DNA from: Intestinibacillus sp.
GTDB lineage: Bacteria; Bacillota; Clostridia; Oscillospirales; Butyricicoccaceae
Assembly: GCA_050255995.1 (NCBI GenBank)
Contig: JBFWIM010000001.1
Location: 709-64,708, forward strand
DNA: 64,000 bases
Direction: 5' to 3'
The notes below the pieces were generated by a model. The model searched no databases. It was not told where the DNA came from and saw only the letters and a program-made list of their open reading frames with translations. Below, piece by piece: positions 37,636 to 46,546 of the stretch (positions are counted from its first letter, which is position 1; every line of letters starts with the position of its first letter). The position numbers and the translations under genes are program-made.

Positions 37636-38457
37636 ATGCAGAAAAAAGTGCTGGCCCTGCACGATCTGTCCGGATTCGGGCGGTCGTCGCTCGTGCCGAT
37701 TATCGGGGTGCTGAGCGCCATGGGGCACCAGTGCGTACCTGTGCCGACCGCCGTATTTTCCACGCATACCGCCATCCCGGGCTACGCGGTGCGCGACCTG
37801 ACGGAGGATCTGCTGCCATGGATTGAGCAGTATGAGGGACTGGGGCTGGAATTCGAAGCGGTATATTCGGGGTTTTTGGGAACGGTGAAGCAGATCGGCT
37901 GCATTTCGCAGGCGATTCTGCGGCTGCGCGCGCCAAACAGCGTGGTGCTGGTCGATCCGGTGATGGGCGACAACGGTGAAATATACCAGACCTATACGCC
38001 GGAAATGTGCGCGCGCATGGGCGACCTGTGCCGCCTGGCGGACGTCATCACCCCGAACGTGACCGAAGCGGCTATCCTGCTTGGGCGGGATGTCGGCGAT
38101 ACGCCGGGCAGCCCCGCGGAAGCGGAGGACTGGGCGCGGGCGCTGGAACAAAAATACGGCGCAAAGGTCGTGCTGACGGGGCTGTCGCAGGGCGGCGGGA
38201 CGGTCGGCGTGCTGTGTTGCGAGGAAGGCCAGACGGCCTTTTTTGAGCATGCCCGCATCGCCCGGTACTATCCGGGCACGGGGGATATTTTTGCCTCTGT
38301 GCTGCTCGGCGGCCTGCTGCGGGGCAAAACACTCGCAGACGCGGCGGCGCGCGCGGCGCTTTTTGTCCGCGACTGCATTGATTATACCGCCGCGCAGGGC
38401 ACGGACAATATGCATGGCGTGCAGTTTGAAACGCAGCTTGCGGGGCTGACGGAATGA
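37636..38457 (+). CDS. pdxK: Pyridoxal/pyridoxamine kinase
   Basis: HDLSGFGRSSL, DPVMGD, TPNVTEA, GTGDIFAS. Confidence 0.9.
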   Translation: MQKKVLALHDLSGFGRSSLVPIIGVLSAMGHQCVPVPTAVFSTHTAIPGYAVRDLTEDLLPWIEQYEGLGLEFEAVYSGFLGTVKQIGCISQAILRLRAPNSVVLVDPVMGDNGEIYQTYTPEMCARMGDLCRLADVITPNVTEAAILLGRDVGDTPGSPAEAEDWARALEQKYGAKVVLTGLSQGGGTVGVLCCEEGQTAFFEHARIARYYPGTGDIFASVLLGGLLRGKTLADAAARAALFVRDCIDYTAAQGTDNMHGVQFETQLAGLTE

Positions 38458-38464
38458 GGAAAAG

Positions 38465-38502
38465 TGGGGAGCGCCGTTTGAAATCAAACGGCGCTCCCCA
38501 CT
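38465..38502. terminator. Long hairpin between convergent genes
   Basis: GTGGGGAGCGCCGTTTGA-AA-TCAAACGGCGCTCCCCAC. Confidence 0.75.
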
Positions 38503-38535
38503 CGCAGCGGAATTTCGCGCATTGCCCCGCACTGT

Positions 38536-38976
38536 TCAGGCGCGGGATAGGTACTTGTTTCTGAGTGTGCAGCCAAGATAAAACGCGCCGTACATCAGCA
38601 GAAAGGCGGCGGTATAGGCGGAAGCCATGGAAGAAAACCGATGGAGCTTTACGGCAATACCGAGGACAGGAAGATAGAAAAGCTGTGTCGCCACGCCGAG
38701 AAAGTTCGGCCAATAGCGGTGGAGAACCAGCTCTTGAAACAATATGAGCAGCAGCACCGCCAGGGCGGGAAGATTTGCGGGCACCGCGGCCCGCGTGACC
38801 GATTTTGCCAGCGGATACAGCAGCGCACCAAGCAGCAGCCAGACCGCAAGAGACGTGAAACCGATGGCGCCGTACGGCAAGGCCGTTTCACGGAAGAGGG
38901 TCGTCATACAGTAGTTTTGCAGGAAGCCCGCCGGGAAAGGCAGCAGTCCCGTCAGAAGCAGCAGCATTTTTTTCAC
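38536..38976 (-). CDS. Hypothetical membrane protein (~4 TM)
   Basis: Hydrophobic ORF immediately downstream of the tRNA-Gly terminator. Confidence 0.7.
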   Translation of the reverse strand: MKKMLLLLTGLLPFPAGFLQNYCMTTLFRETALPYGAIGFTSLAVWLLLGALLYPLAKSVTRAAVPANLPALAVLLLILFQELVLHRYWPNFLGVATQLFYLPVLGIAVKLHRFSSMASAYTAAFLLMYGAFYLGCTLRNKYLSRA

Positions 38977-39067
38977 GGCATCTCATCCCTTCTGAAAAGC
39001 ATCCGGTGAGAGGGGTACGGCTGCGGTAAATGAAATAAGGCATAGTCTCTTGCAGAAACTATGCCTT

Positions 39068-39143
39068 TGGAGCGGCTGACGAGGCTCGAACTCGCTACCT
39101 CCACCTTGGCAAGGTGGCGCTCTACCAGATGAGCTACAGCCGC
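39068..39143 (-). tRNA. tRNA-Gly(GCC)
   Basis: Minus strand GCGGCTG...CCACC-TT-GCC-AA-GGTGG...TTCGAGC...CAGCCGC-T-CCA; hairpin at 39037-39067 follows. Confidence 0.97.
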
Positions 39144-39247
39144 ATAATTCAGTTTTGACCACTGACCGTGTCAGCGATATTTATTATATCAACCGACTGC
39201 GAGCTTGTCAACACTGAATTTTACATTTTCTTTAAAAGCCGGCGGCT

Positions 39248-39832
39248 TCAATATCCCAGCTTATCGTCGACGAGGACAAGCTCATACCGCGCAAAGCTGA
39301 TAGGCGGGGCCATCAGCACGGTCATGGCGCGGCAGATGCGCGCAGGGCTGCGGCAGTCGTGGCATTTGCCGTCCGCCGCACACGGGGTTTTGCAGCCGAG
39401 CCGCTGCGCGTTGCGCGGGGCGGCAATCTGGCGCGCCCGGTCCACCGCGGCCTCAAGCGAGCGCGCGAGCTTATTGACCCCGCACACCGTGAAGCAGGTT
39501 TTCGGCCCCCAGATTGCCGCGCTCACGCGGTTGCCCACACCGTCAATGTTGACGATCTCGCCGGTTTCCGAGAGGGCGTTCGCCGAGGTGATGTAAATTT
39601 CGCTGTCCTGCCGGTACTGCCCCGGGGTGACCCAGTGCCAGGACACGTCCGCGCCCGCTGCCGTCAGCGCTTCGTATGCGCCGAGCTCCCTGAGTGTCAT
39701 GGAGCCGCCGAAGGAGACGGTTTTGCCCGCGCATTGCGCGGCAAGATAGTCGCGCGCTTCGGCGGCCGTGCCAAAGAGGGAGACGGCAAAGCCCCGTCCC
39801 TCAAATGCGCGGCGTATGTTTTGCAGTTCCAT
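39248..39832 (-). CDS. LUD/LutC-YkgG (lactate utilisation) domain protein
   Basis: SFGGSMTL, SANAL...GEIVNIDGVGNRV, GVNK, C-terminal Cys cluster. Confidence 0.85.
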   Translation of the reverse strand: MELQNIRRAFEGRGFAVSLFGTAAEARDYLAAQCAGKTVSFGGSMTLRELGAYEALTAAGADVSWHWVTPGQYRQDSEIYITSANALSETGEIVNIDGVGNRVSAAIWGPKTCFTVCGVNKLARSLEAAVDRARQIAAPRNAQRLGCKTPCAADGKCHDCRSPARICRAMTVLMAPPISFARYELVLVDDKLGY

Positions 39833-39848
39833 AGTTGTCCCTCCAATG

Positions 39849-40496
39849 TCAGTCCAGCAGAGCCAGAAGCTCCAACGGGTGGTCAATCAGCGCGTCCGCG
39901 CCCGCCTCGGCCAGCACGCTGCGCCCGCGAAAGCCCCAGGTCACGCCGACGGCGTACAGTCCCGCGTTTTGCGCCGTTTCCATGTCCACGCCGCTGTCCC
40001 CGACGTAAAGCGTCGTTTCCTGCGCCGCCCCCAGCGTTTGCAGCAGTTCGCGCGTGGAGGCCGGGTCGGGCTTGCGCGGCACGCCGGGCCGCTCGCCGAA
40101 GGTCTGGTCGATCAGACCGGGAAAGTAGTGCGCGGCGAGGGCTCTGGAAGCCGGGTCATACTTGTTGGACAGCACGCCCATGCGAATGCCCCGTTTCCGG
40201 AGCGCGGCGAGCAGCTCCGGAATGCCGGGGTACGGGGCGGTGCGGCACATCATGTGCGCGTCATAATGCGCGCGGAAATCCGCAAGGCAGGCGGATATGG
40301 CGTCGTCGTCCGCGCCCGAGGGCAGCGCGCGCTGCATCAGGTTCCGGATGCCGTTGCCCACGAAGGCACGGATTTCCCCGTCAGTGCGGGTGGGATAGCC
40401 GTGCCGCCGCAGGGCGGCGTTCGTTGCGTCGGCAAGGTCGCCGAGCGTGTCCAACAGGGTGCCGTCCAGATCAAAGATTACGGTTTTTACGTTCAT
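39849..40496 (-). CDS. HAD-family hydrolase (phosphoglycolate phosphatase-like)
   Basis: FDLDGTLLDT, SNK, KPDP, YVGDS..D. Confidence 0.92.
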   Translation of the reverse strand: MNVKTVIFDLDGTLLDTLGDLADATNAALRRHGYPTRTDGEIRAFVGNGIRNLMQRALPSGADDDAISACLADFRAHYDAHMMCRTAPYPGIPELLAALRKRGIRMGVLSNKYDPASRALAAHYFPGLIDQTFGERPGVPRKPDPASTRELLQTLGAAQETTLYVGDSGVDMETAQNAGLYAVGVTWGFRGRSVLAEAGADALIDHPLELLALLD

Positions 40497-41995
40497 GCCT
40501 TTTTTGGATACCTCTTATAAGTTTCTGTGATTTCGCGGAGCAGGGACTCCACCTTTGTGTTGATCGCGTCGGCACGCACGCGCCAGCGCCAGTTGCCGCC
40601 AACCGTCGCCGGAACGTTCATGCGCGCGTCGGCGCCGAGCGAAAGAATGTCCTGCATCGTGGTCATGGCGATGCGCGCGGGCGAGGCGAAGACGCTCTTG
40701 ATGGCGCTCCAGCCGAGCGCCTCGGCCATGGAGGAGCGTAGATACCGGTAGGCGAACTGCCGCTCCTCCTCGGTGCAGATATCCATGACTTGCTCGCATA
40801 CGCTCTGGGAATCGTGCGTCGAGGTGTAGACGATGGCGTTCACCGGATAGTTGTGGGGCAGGTGGTCGTTGTCGCCCGCGGCGTCAAAACCGAAGATCAG
40901 CACGCGCATGCCGGGAAAGCCGGAAGCCTGCAGCAGCGCGCGCACCTTGTCGGTCTGCACGCCGAGATCCTCCGCGATCATGGGCACGTCGCCGAGCGTT
41001 TCGGCGATTGCGCGGAACAGTTTCATGCCCGGGCCGGGCTTCCAGACGCCCCGGATGGCGTTTTCCTCGCCCGCGTCGACCTCCCAATAAGCCTCGAAGC
41101 CGCGGAAGTGATCCAGACGCACCACGTCGAACAGCGCGAGGTTGCTTTGAATGCGCCACAGCCACCACGCATAGCCGGTTTTTTCGTGCTGCCTCCAGTC
41201 GTAGACCGGATTGCCCCAGAGCTGGCCGGTATCGGAGTAATAATCGGGCGGCACGCCAGCCACCTTGCGCGGGCTGCGGTCAGGCGCGAGCTGGAACAGC
41301 TCCGGATGCGCCCACACATCGCAGGAGTCGGAGGACACATAGATTGGGATATCGCCGATGATGCGCACACCATGGGCGTTGGCATAGGCGCGCAGGGCGG
41401 TCCACTGCCCGTAAAACAGGTATTGCAGGAAGGTATAGAAATTTACGTCTTCAAGCAGTTTTGCGCGGTATGCCATGATGGAAGCGGGATCCCGGGACAC
41501 AAGGGCGGAATCCGCCCACTCCCACAGGGGGCGGCCCTCAAAATAATCCTTGAGCGCCATAAACAGCGCGTAATCGTCGAGCCACTCGGCGTTTTCCACG
41601 GCAAAGGCGTCGATTTTTGCCTGTAGGGCAGCATTGACTCTGGAAAAGGCCTGCCGCAGCAGCGGCCAGCGCGCCGCGCGCAGATGGTCGAAATCCACCT
41701 TGTCGGGGGAAGCGCCGGGCGCGTCGCCGCGGGCGATTTCCTCCGGCGTCAGCAGGCCGTCCGCACGCAGCAGGTCGAGATCAATGAGGTACGGGTTGCC
41801 GGCTGCGGCGGAATAGCACTGGTAGGGCGATTCGCCGAAGCCGATATGGCCAAGCGGGAGCACCTGCCAGTATTTCTGTCCGGCCGCCTCCAGAAAATCT
41901 ACGAAAGCAAAAGCATCCTTGCCCATCGAGCCGATTCCGTGCGGTGAGGGCAGGGAGGTGATATGCATCAGCACACCGCTCGCGCGTTCAAACAT
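40493..41995 (-). CDS. malQ: 4-alpha-glucanotransferase
   Basis: YWQVLPL, IIGDIPIYV, RLDHFRGF, AEDLG, THD. Confidence 0.95.
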   Translation of the reverse strand: MFERASGVLMHITSLPSPHGIGSMGKDAFAFVDFLEAAGQKYWQVLPLGHIGFGESPYQCYSAAAGNPYLIDLDLLRADGLLTPEEIARGDAPGASPDKVDFDHLRAARWPLLRQAFSRVNAALQAKIDAFAVENAEWLDDYALFMALKDYFEGRPLWEWADSALVSRDPASIMAYRAKLLEDVNFYTFLQYLFYGQWTALRAYANAHGVRIIGDIPIYVSSDSCDVWAHPELFQLAPDRSPRKVAGVPPDYYSDTGQLWGNPVYDWRQHEKTGYAWWLWRIQSNLALFDVVRLDHFRGFEAYWEVDAGEENAIRGVWKPGPGMKLFRAIAETLGDVPMIAEDLGVQTDKVRALLQASGFPGMRVLIFGFDAAGDNDHLPHNYPVNAIVYTSTHDSQSVCEQVMDICTEEERQFAYRYLRSSMAEALGWSAIKSVFASPARIAMTTMQDILSLGADARMNVPATVGGNWRWRVRADAINTKVESLLREITETYKRYPKKA

Positions 41996-42268
41996 GTTTG
42001 GCCTCCTTTGGCGCGCTGTGCGCACCAAGTATTGTAGTCCTATTATACGCGGCGCGCCCGGAAACTGTCAATTTACGGTTTTCCTTCAAAAAGCGCGCTG
42101 CACCGCCAGAATTCCACAGCGCGTCCATAAAGATCGCCCGGCGGCAGGCATCCGCGCGGGATATATTTTGCCCGCATGCGGCCGGAATCATGCCGTCAAA
42201 TTTACTTGCAAAGGGGTTTTAAACCCGCTATAATGTAAAAATAAGAAAAACGGGGGAATCAGAGTACC

Positions 42269-42928
42269 ATGAGAATGCGGAAAAAGAAAAATCTCGATGT
42301 GCGTTTCGCGGCCTGCGCACCGGTGATGGCGGCCTCGCCCGAAGCCCTGCGCGGCAAGTGGCGCGCACTGTTCGGCAACGATAACCCGCTGCATGTCGAA
42401 ATCGGCTGCGGCAAGGGGCGGTTTGTGCTGGGTATGGCGAAACTGCATCCGGACGTCAACTTCGTCGCGATTGAGCGGGAGGAGGGCGCGCTGATCATGG
42501 CGACCGAGAAGGCCATGGAGGATTTGCCTGCAAACGTACGCTTTCTGTCCTACGATGCGGCCGAGCTGCGCCAGATTTTCGCCCCCGGCGAGGTGGATCT
42601 CATCTACCTCAACTTCTCCGACCCGTGGCCGCCCAACCGGCAGCGCAAGCGCCGCCTGACCTACCGCGCCTTTCTGGACGTGTACAGCGACGTCCTGGCC
42701 GAACAGGGGGCGCTGTATTTCAAAACGGACAACCAGCGCCTGTTTGAATGGTCGCTCGGCGAAATCTGCGCCTACGGCTGGCTGCTGCAGAACATTTCGC
42801 TGGATCTGCACCGCTCGGATTTTGAGGGCAACGTCATGACTGAGTACGAGGAGCGCTTTGCCGCGCAGGGCAGCCGCATCTACCGACTGGAGGCGCGCCG
42901 CCGCCTGCCGGAATTTATGCCGAAATAG
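42269..42928 (+). CDS. trmB: tRNA (guanine-N7)-methyltransferase
   Basis: MRMRKK, EIGCGKG, NFSDPWP, KTDN, TEYE. Confidence 0.96.
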   Translation: MRMRKKKNLDVRFAACAPVMAASPEALRGKWRALFGNDNPLHVEIGCGKGRFVLGMAKLHPDVNFVAIEREEGALIMATEKAMEDLPANVRFLSYDAAELRQIFAPGEVDLIYLNFSDPWPPNRQRKRRLTYRAFLDVYSDVLAEQGALYFKTDNQRLFEWSLGEICAYGWLLQNISLDLHRSDFEGNVMTEYEERFAAQGSRIYRLEARRRLPEFMPK

Positions 42929-42975
42929 CGGAAAAGCCCCGGGACATCGGTTCCGGGGCTTTTGGCGGCTTATTG

Positions 42976-43614
42976 TTAAATGAGCTTATAGCCGTGGGGC
43001 GTGACGATCGCATCGAGGCGCTTGCCGGCGCGGCACTCCGGGCACTCATGCGACTGGATCACGTTGTGGTAATGCGGGAAGTCCTCGCCGCTGAAAACGT
43101 GTACGACCGGCAGGCCGCCCAACTCGTTAATGTTTGCAAACAGCGCGGAATAGCCGGCGACACGGCCGCCATAATATTCAACACATTCGCGCGTCTGCGT
43201 CAGGGTCTGGCCGGTGGAGGCCGAGGTCACGAGCACCAGAACGTCCTTGTGCTGCACCAGGGGACGCAGATTGTCCGCAAAGACAAACTGGCCGTGGACG
43301 TTGCTGTCCGGCTCGATCAGATAGATGTCCTTGTCCTGGTTCATCGAGCCCAGGCTGCTCTTGGACAGCTCGCGCGCAAGGTACGCGCCGATGTATTCCG
43401 TGCCCTCAAGACACAGGATGGTGTCGATATTCGTCGCATTGTAGAAGTTTGCAATGATGCCTGCAACGAGTGAAGCGCGTGTCAGGCTGTGTTTGATGGC
43501 CGACATATCAATATAGTAATTGATGTGGGAATGGTTGGTGGCGAAATGCCCGGGGATTGCATCCGCGTAAAGCTCTTTATCGAGTTTGGAAATAACCCGG
43601 ATTGCTTTTTCCAT
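42976..43614 (-). CDS. Type I phosphoribosyltransferase-like protein (orotate PRTase-like, atypical)
   Basis: GHFATNHSHINYYID; PRPP loop VLVLVTSASTGQT lacks the DD pair; C-terminal CPEC. Confidence 0.7.
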   Translation of the reverse strand: MEKAIRVISKLDKELYADAIPGHFATNHSHINYYIDMSAIKHSLTRASLVAGIIANFYNATNIDTILCLEGTEYIGAYLARELSKSSLGSMNQDKDIYLIEPDSNVHGQFVFADNLRPLVQHKDVLVLVTSASTGQTLTQTRECVEYYGGRVAGYSALFANINELGGLPVVHVFSGEDFPHYHNVIQSHECPECRAGKRLDAIVTPHGYKLI

Positions 43615-43853
43615 ACAAGACCGCCTTTCCTCTTTCGTGTTTTCCATAGTTTCCCGATGTTTGAAAATATTATACCACAAGGGCATATATTCGCCTAGAG
43701 CTCGTCCGTCGCCTTTATCGCTAAGTGCTCATATTATATCACAAGGGGCGGAGGCTGCAAAGAGCTTTTCTGCAACTTTGCGGAAAGCGGATAACGGGCA
43801 TAAAAAAACGGAGACGCTGCGGCGTCTCCGTCTGTCTGTATGGGAAATCAGGC

Positions 43854-44207
43854 TTAGAGCGCGGCCTTGGCCTTTTCGACCAGTGCGCCGAAAGCGGCCT
43901 TGTCGCTCACCGCGAGCTCAGCCAGCATCTTGCGGTTGATGTCGATGCCCGCCTTCTTGAGGCCGTTCATGAAGCGGCTGTAGTTGATGTCGCAGACCTT
44001 TGCCTGCGCGGAAATACGGGTGATCCACAGGCGGCGGAAGTCTCTCTTCTTGTGCTTTCTGCCGATGTACGCGTATTTCAGGCTCTTCATCACAGCCTGG
44101 TTAGCAACTTTATAATGGGTAGACTTGGCGCCCCAGTAGCCCTTGGCGCGCTTCAGGATCTTCTTTCTTCTCTTGCGCGTCATCATCGCGCCCTTAACTC
44201 TTGCCAT
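43854..44207 (-). CDS. rplT: 50S ribosomal protein L20
   Basis: MARVKG...AKGYWG...RRLWITRI. Confidence 0.99.
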   Translation of the reverse strand: MARVKGAMMTRKRRKKILKRAKGYWGAKSTHYKVANQAVMKSLKYAYIGRKHKKRDFRRLWITRISAQAKVCDINYSRFMNGLKKAGIDINRKMLAELAVSDKAAFGALVEKAKAAL

Positions 44208-44250
44208 TTTTAAATCCTCCTAATAGCGAAAATCAGTTTGCGGTGACGCA

Positions 44251-44454
44251 TTAAGCGTAGGGAATCAGGCGCTTGACCTGTGCGACGTTCGTCTTGTCGG
44301 CGAAGCCTTCCTTGCGGAGCTGGCGCTTCAGCTTGGAGGTCTTGCCGTGGCCGTTGAGCAGGTGGCGCTTGCCGGCGTGGCCGCGCTTGATCTTACCGGT
44401 CTTGGTGACGGTGAATCTCTTTTTCGCACCGCTGTGAGTCTTAATCTTGGGCAT
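44251..44454 (-). CDS. rpmI: 50S ribosomal protein L35
   Basis: [14 protein letters not shown]. Confidence 0.99.
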   Translation of the reverse strand: MPKIKTHSGAKKRFTVTKTGKIKRGHAGKRHLLNGHGKTSKLKRQLRKEGFADKTNVAQVKRLIPYA

Positions 44455-44499
44455 GGTGGTTCTCCTCTCTTACGCCGCGCCGGGCGCGGCACACTTTCG

Positions 44500-45069
44500 T
44501 TATTCTTCGGCGGGTTGCTGGGGCGCCTTGTCCTTTGTGCCCTTGGACTGGACGGCGTCCTTCAGAGGGGCCATGAACATAATCATCTGGCGGCCCTCGA
44601 GCTTGGACGGCTTCTCTACCGTGCCGTATTCCTTGCAGATTTCGGCAAAGCGCTGGAGCAGATCACGTCCGAGCGAGGAGTGGGTGACCTCACGGCCGCG
44701 GAAGCGGACGGTGACCTTAACCTTGTTGCCGTCCTGCAGAAAACGGAGCGCCCGGCCAACCTTTATGTTGAGGTCGCCGACGTCGATGTTGGGCGTGAGA
44801 CGGATCTCCTTGATTTCCACGACGTGCTGGTTGCGGCGCGCTTCCTTTTCGCGTTTCGCCTGCTCGAAGCGGAATTTTCCATAGTCCATAATCTTGCACA
44901 CGGGCGGCTGTGCCTGCGGCGCGATCTTTACCAGGTCCAGGCTCTTCTGGTCGGCAAGCTCCTGCGCTTCGCGCGAGGACACAATGCCGAGCTGTGCGCC
45001 GTCGTCCCCGATCAGGCGGACTTCCTTGTCGCGGATCTCTTCATTGATCTGATGTTCCATGCTGCTAAT
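44500..45069 (-). CDS. infC: Translation initiation factor IF-3, probable ATT start
   Basis: INEEIR..EVRLI, PPVCKIMDYGK; GGAGG 9 nt before in-frame ATT 45069 (alternative ATG 45060). Confidence 0.96.
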   Translation of the reverse strand: MSSMEHQINEEIRDKEVRLIGDDGAQLGIVSSREAQELADQKSLDLVKIAPQAQPPVCKIMDYGKFRFEQAKREKEARRNQHVVEIKEIRLTPNIDVGDLNIKVGRALRFLQDGNKVKVTVRFRGREVTHSSLGRDLLQRFAEICKEYGTVEKPSKLEGRQMIMFMAPLKDAVQSKGTKDKAPQQPAEE

Positions 45070-45127
45070 AGGTGAGCACCTCCAAACATTTAAGTGGCTC
45101 TCCGGCCGGAGCCGGGATTTTTGACAT

Positions 45128-45254
45128 AAAAAAGCGGACGGCAAGCACCGTCCGACCTGTTACAAGGCAAGCCCCGGGAGAAAAACCCCGGAGAAAACTG
45201 CGCTGTAAACCCGTTTGCAAAACGCGGCGGGTGAGGACGGAGGCCCTGCTTTTT
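45128..45254 (-). promoter_or_regulatory. L20 leader (ribosomal protein autoregulatory RNA) with attenuator hairpin
   Basis: CCGTCCTCACC can pair with AGGTCGGACGG; competing hairpin CGGACGG...CCGTCCG plus T-run; promoter TTGACA (45294-45289), 17 bp, TATAGT (45271-45266). Confidence 0.75.
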
Positions 45255-45566
45255 TGTACCTGATAACTATACCAGACAGCATGTGGAATGTCAATGCTTT
45301 TTTTCTGAAAAGTGAATTTTTCCGGCAAACACAAGCCGTTTTTTCTGAAAATGCCGCATGGCACTTGACAAAACCGCATAACATAGTGTATCGTTCTGGT
45401 TCGGAGGACGGCGCGCGTCTTGGGAATGTTTCACAGGCTCAGGTTTTTTTCACGAAGGTGTTGAAATTGGGCGCGCGTTAGTCTATGCTAGAGATAGCAA
45501 AGAACCGAGCACCAGGAATAGGGCCGCGCGCCCTCTGGAACTTTGATAAAAAAGGAGGCACACATA

Positions 45567-45863
45567 ATGAGCGAGGAACTCGGCAATAATTATGTTGTCC
45601 TGACCGACGAAGACGGCAACGAGGTGGAGTTTGAGCATATCGACACCGTGGAGCTGAACGGTGAGACCTATATGGCCTTTATTCCCGCGGAGCTTTCCGT
45701 GGAGGACGAGGCGGAGGTTGTAATCCTCAAGGTGGCAGAGGAAGACGGCGAAGAGGTTCTGGCTTCCGTCGACGATGAAGAAGAGGCGGATCGCGTTTAC
45801 GAAATCGTCATGAGCCACGTAGAGGAGTTTTATGACGAAGAGCCCGAGGGCATTCAACAGTAA
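45567..45863 (+). CDS. DUF1292 domain protein
   Basis: AAGGAGG RBS; acidic; LTDEDGNEVEFE...YMAF. Confidence 0.9.
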   Translation: MSEELGNNYVVLTDEDGNEVEFEHIDTVELNGETYMAFIPAELSVEDEAEVVILKVAEEDGEEVLASVDDEEEADRVYEIVMSHVEEFYDEEPEGIQQ

Positions 45864-45880
45864 ACGGCGGCGAATTTGGT

Positions 45881-46087
45881 GAAAAGCAAGCCCTGCCCTG
45901 TTTGACAGCAGTCTTTTTTTAACCCACATTTTAGATAAGGGATTCCGGTATTAGAATTCCGCACACAAGTGCAGGCCTCCCGTCCCGGGACGGATGTTGG
46001 AAGCGCAGCGTGTGCGGATAGGAAACCCACCTGCTGTTCGTGCAGGTTACTAATCTGGCTGCATCGGCAGTGGCGGGGTTTGTTTTC
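45881..46087 (+). ncRNA. ssrS: 6S RNA (SsrS)
   Basis: Ends pair into a long irregular rod (GAAAAGCAAGCCCTGCC / GGCGGGGTTTTGTTTTC) with a central bubble and GGGATTCC/GGAAACCC; clostridial-type CCCACCTG...CAGGTT; G-U pairs favour the plus strand. Confidence 0.75.
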
Positions 46088-46218
46088 ATATACGAGAATC
46101 GTTCGGCGGGTGAGAACCCGCTTTTCCGTTTTTTTACAAAATGTTTACTTGTGTCAGGAGACGGCATATGCTATACTATAAAAGGTGGAACAAGTTTAAA
46201 TATGGAGGTGACGACGGT

Positions 46219-46311
46219 ATGAGACCAATCGGTAAACCGAGAAAGCCAGATTCGCCGGATATCGACGACCTGATTTTTGAGGGGGAGCATCCGGAAGAAA
46301 GCGAAAAATAA
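46219..46311 (+). CDS. Unannotated 30-aa small protein MRPIGKPRKPDSPDIDDLIFEGEHPEESEK
   Basis: GGAGGTG RBS; TG-extended -10 TATACT at 46172; hairpin plus T-run downstream. Confidence 0.5.
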   Translation: MRPIGKPRKPDSPDIDDLIFEGEHPEESEK

Positions 46312-46546
46312 GAAAGCTTTCTTCTCCCAAAGTGTACGGTCCACGCTGTAGCGTGGTTTTTTTATATTCTTTTTCAGGACGGCTGCAGGGAATGTCCCGC
46401 AGGCCGCCCTTTTTTGTCCCGCACCTTTACAATAATTTTACATCTGGACGCGAAAGTACCGTCTGGTGTATGCTCTCACGGATGTGTTATACTAAAAGCG
46501 ACCTGAAGCCGCGCTGGCGGCATGGAAAGAGAGAGAGGGACAGGGT

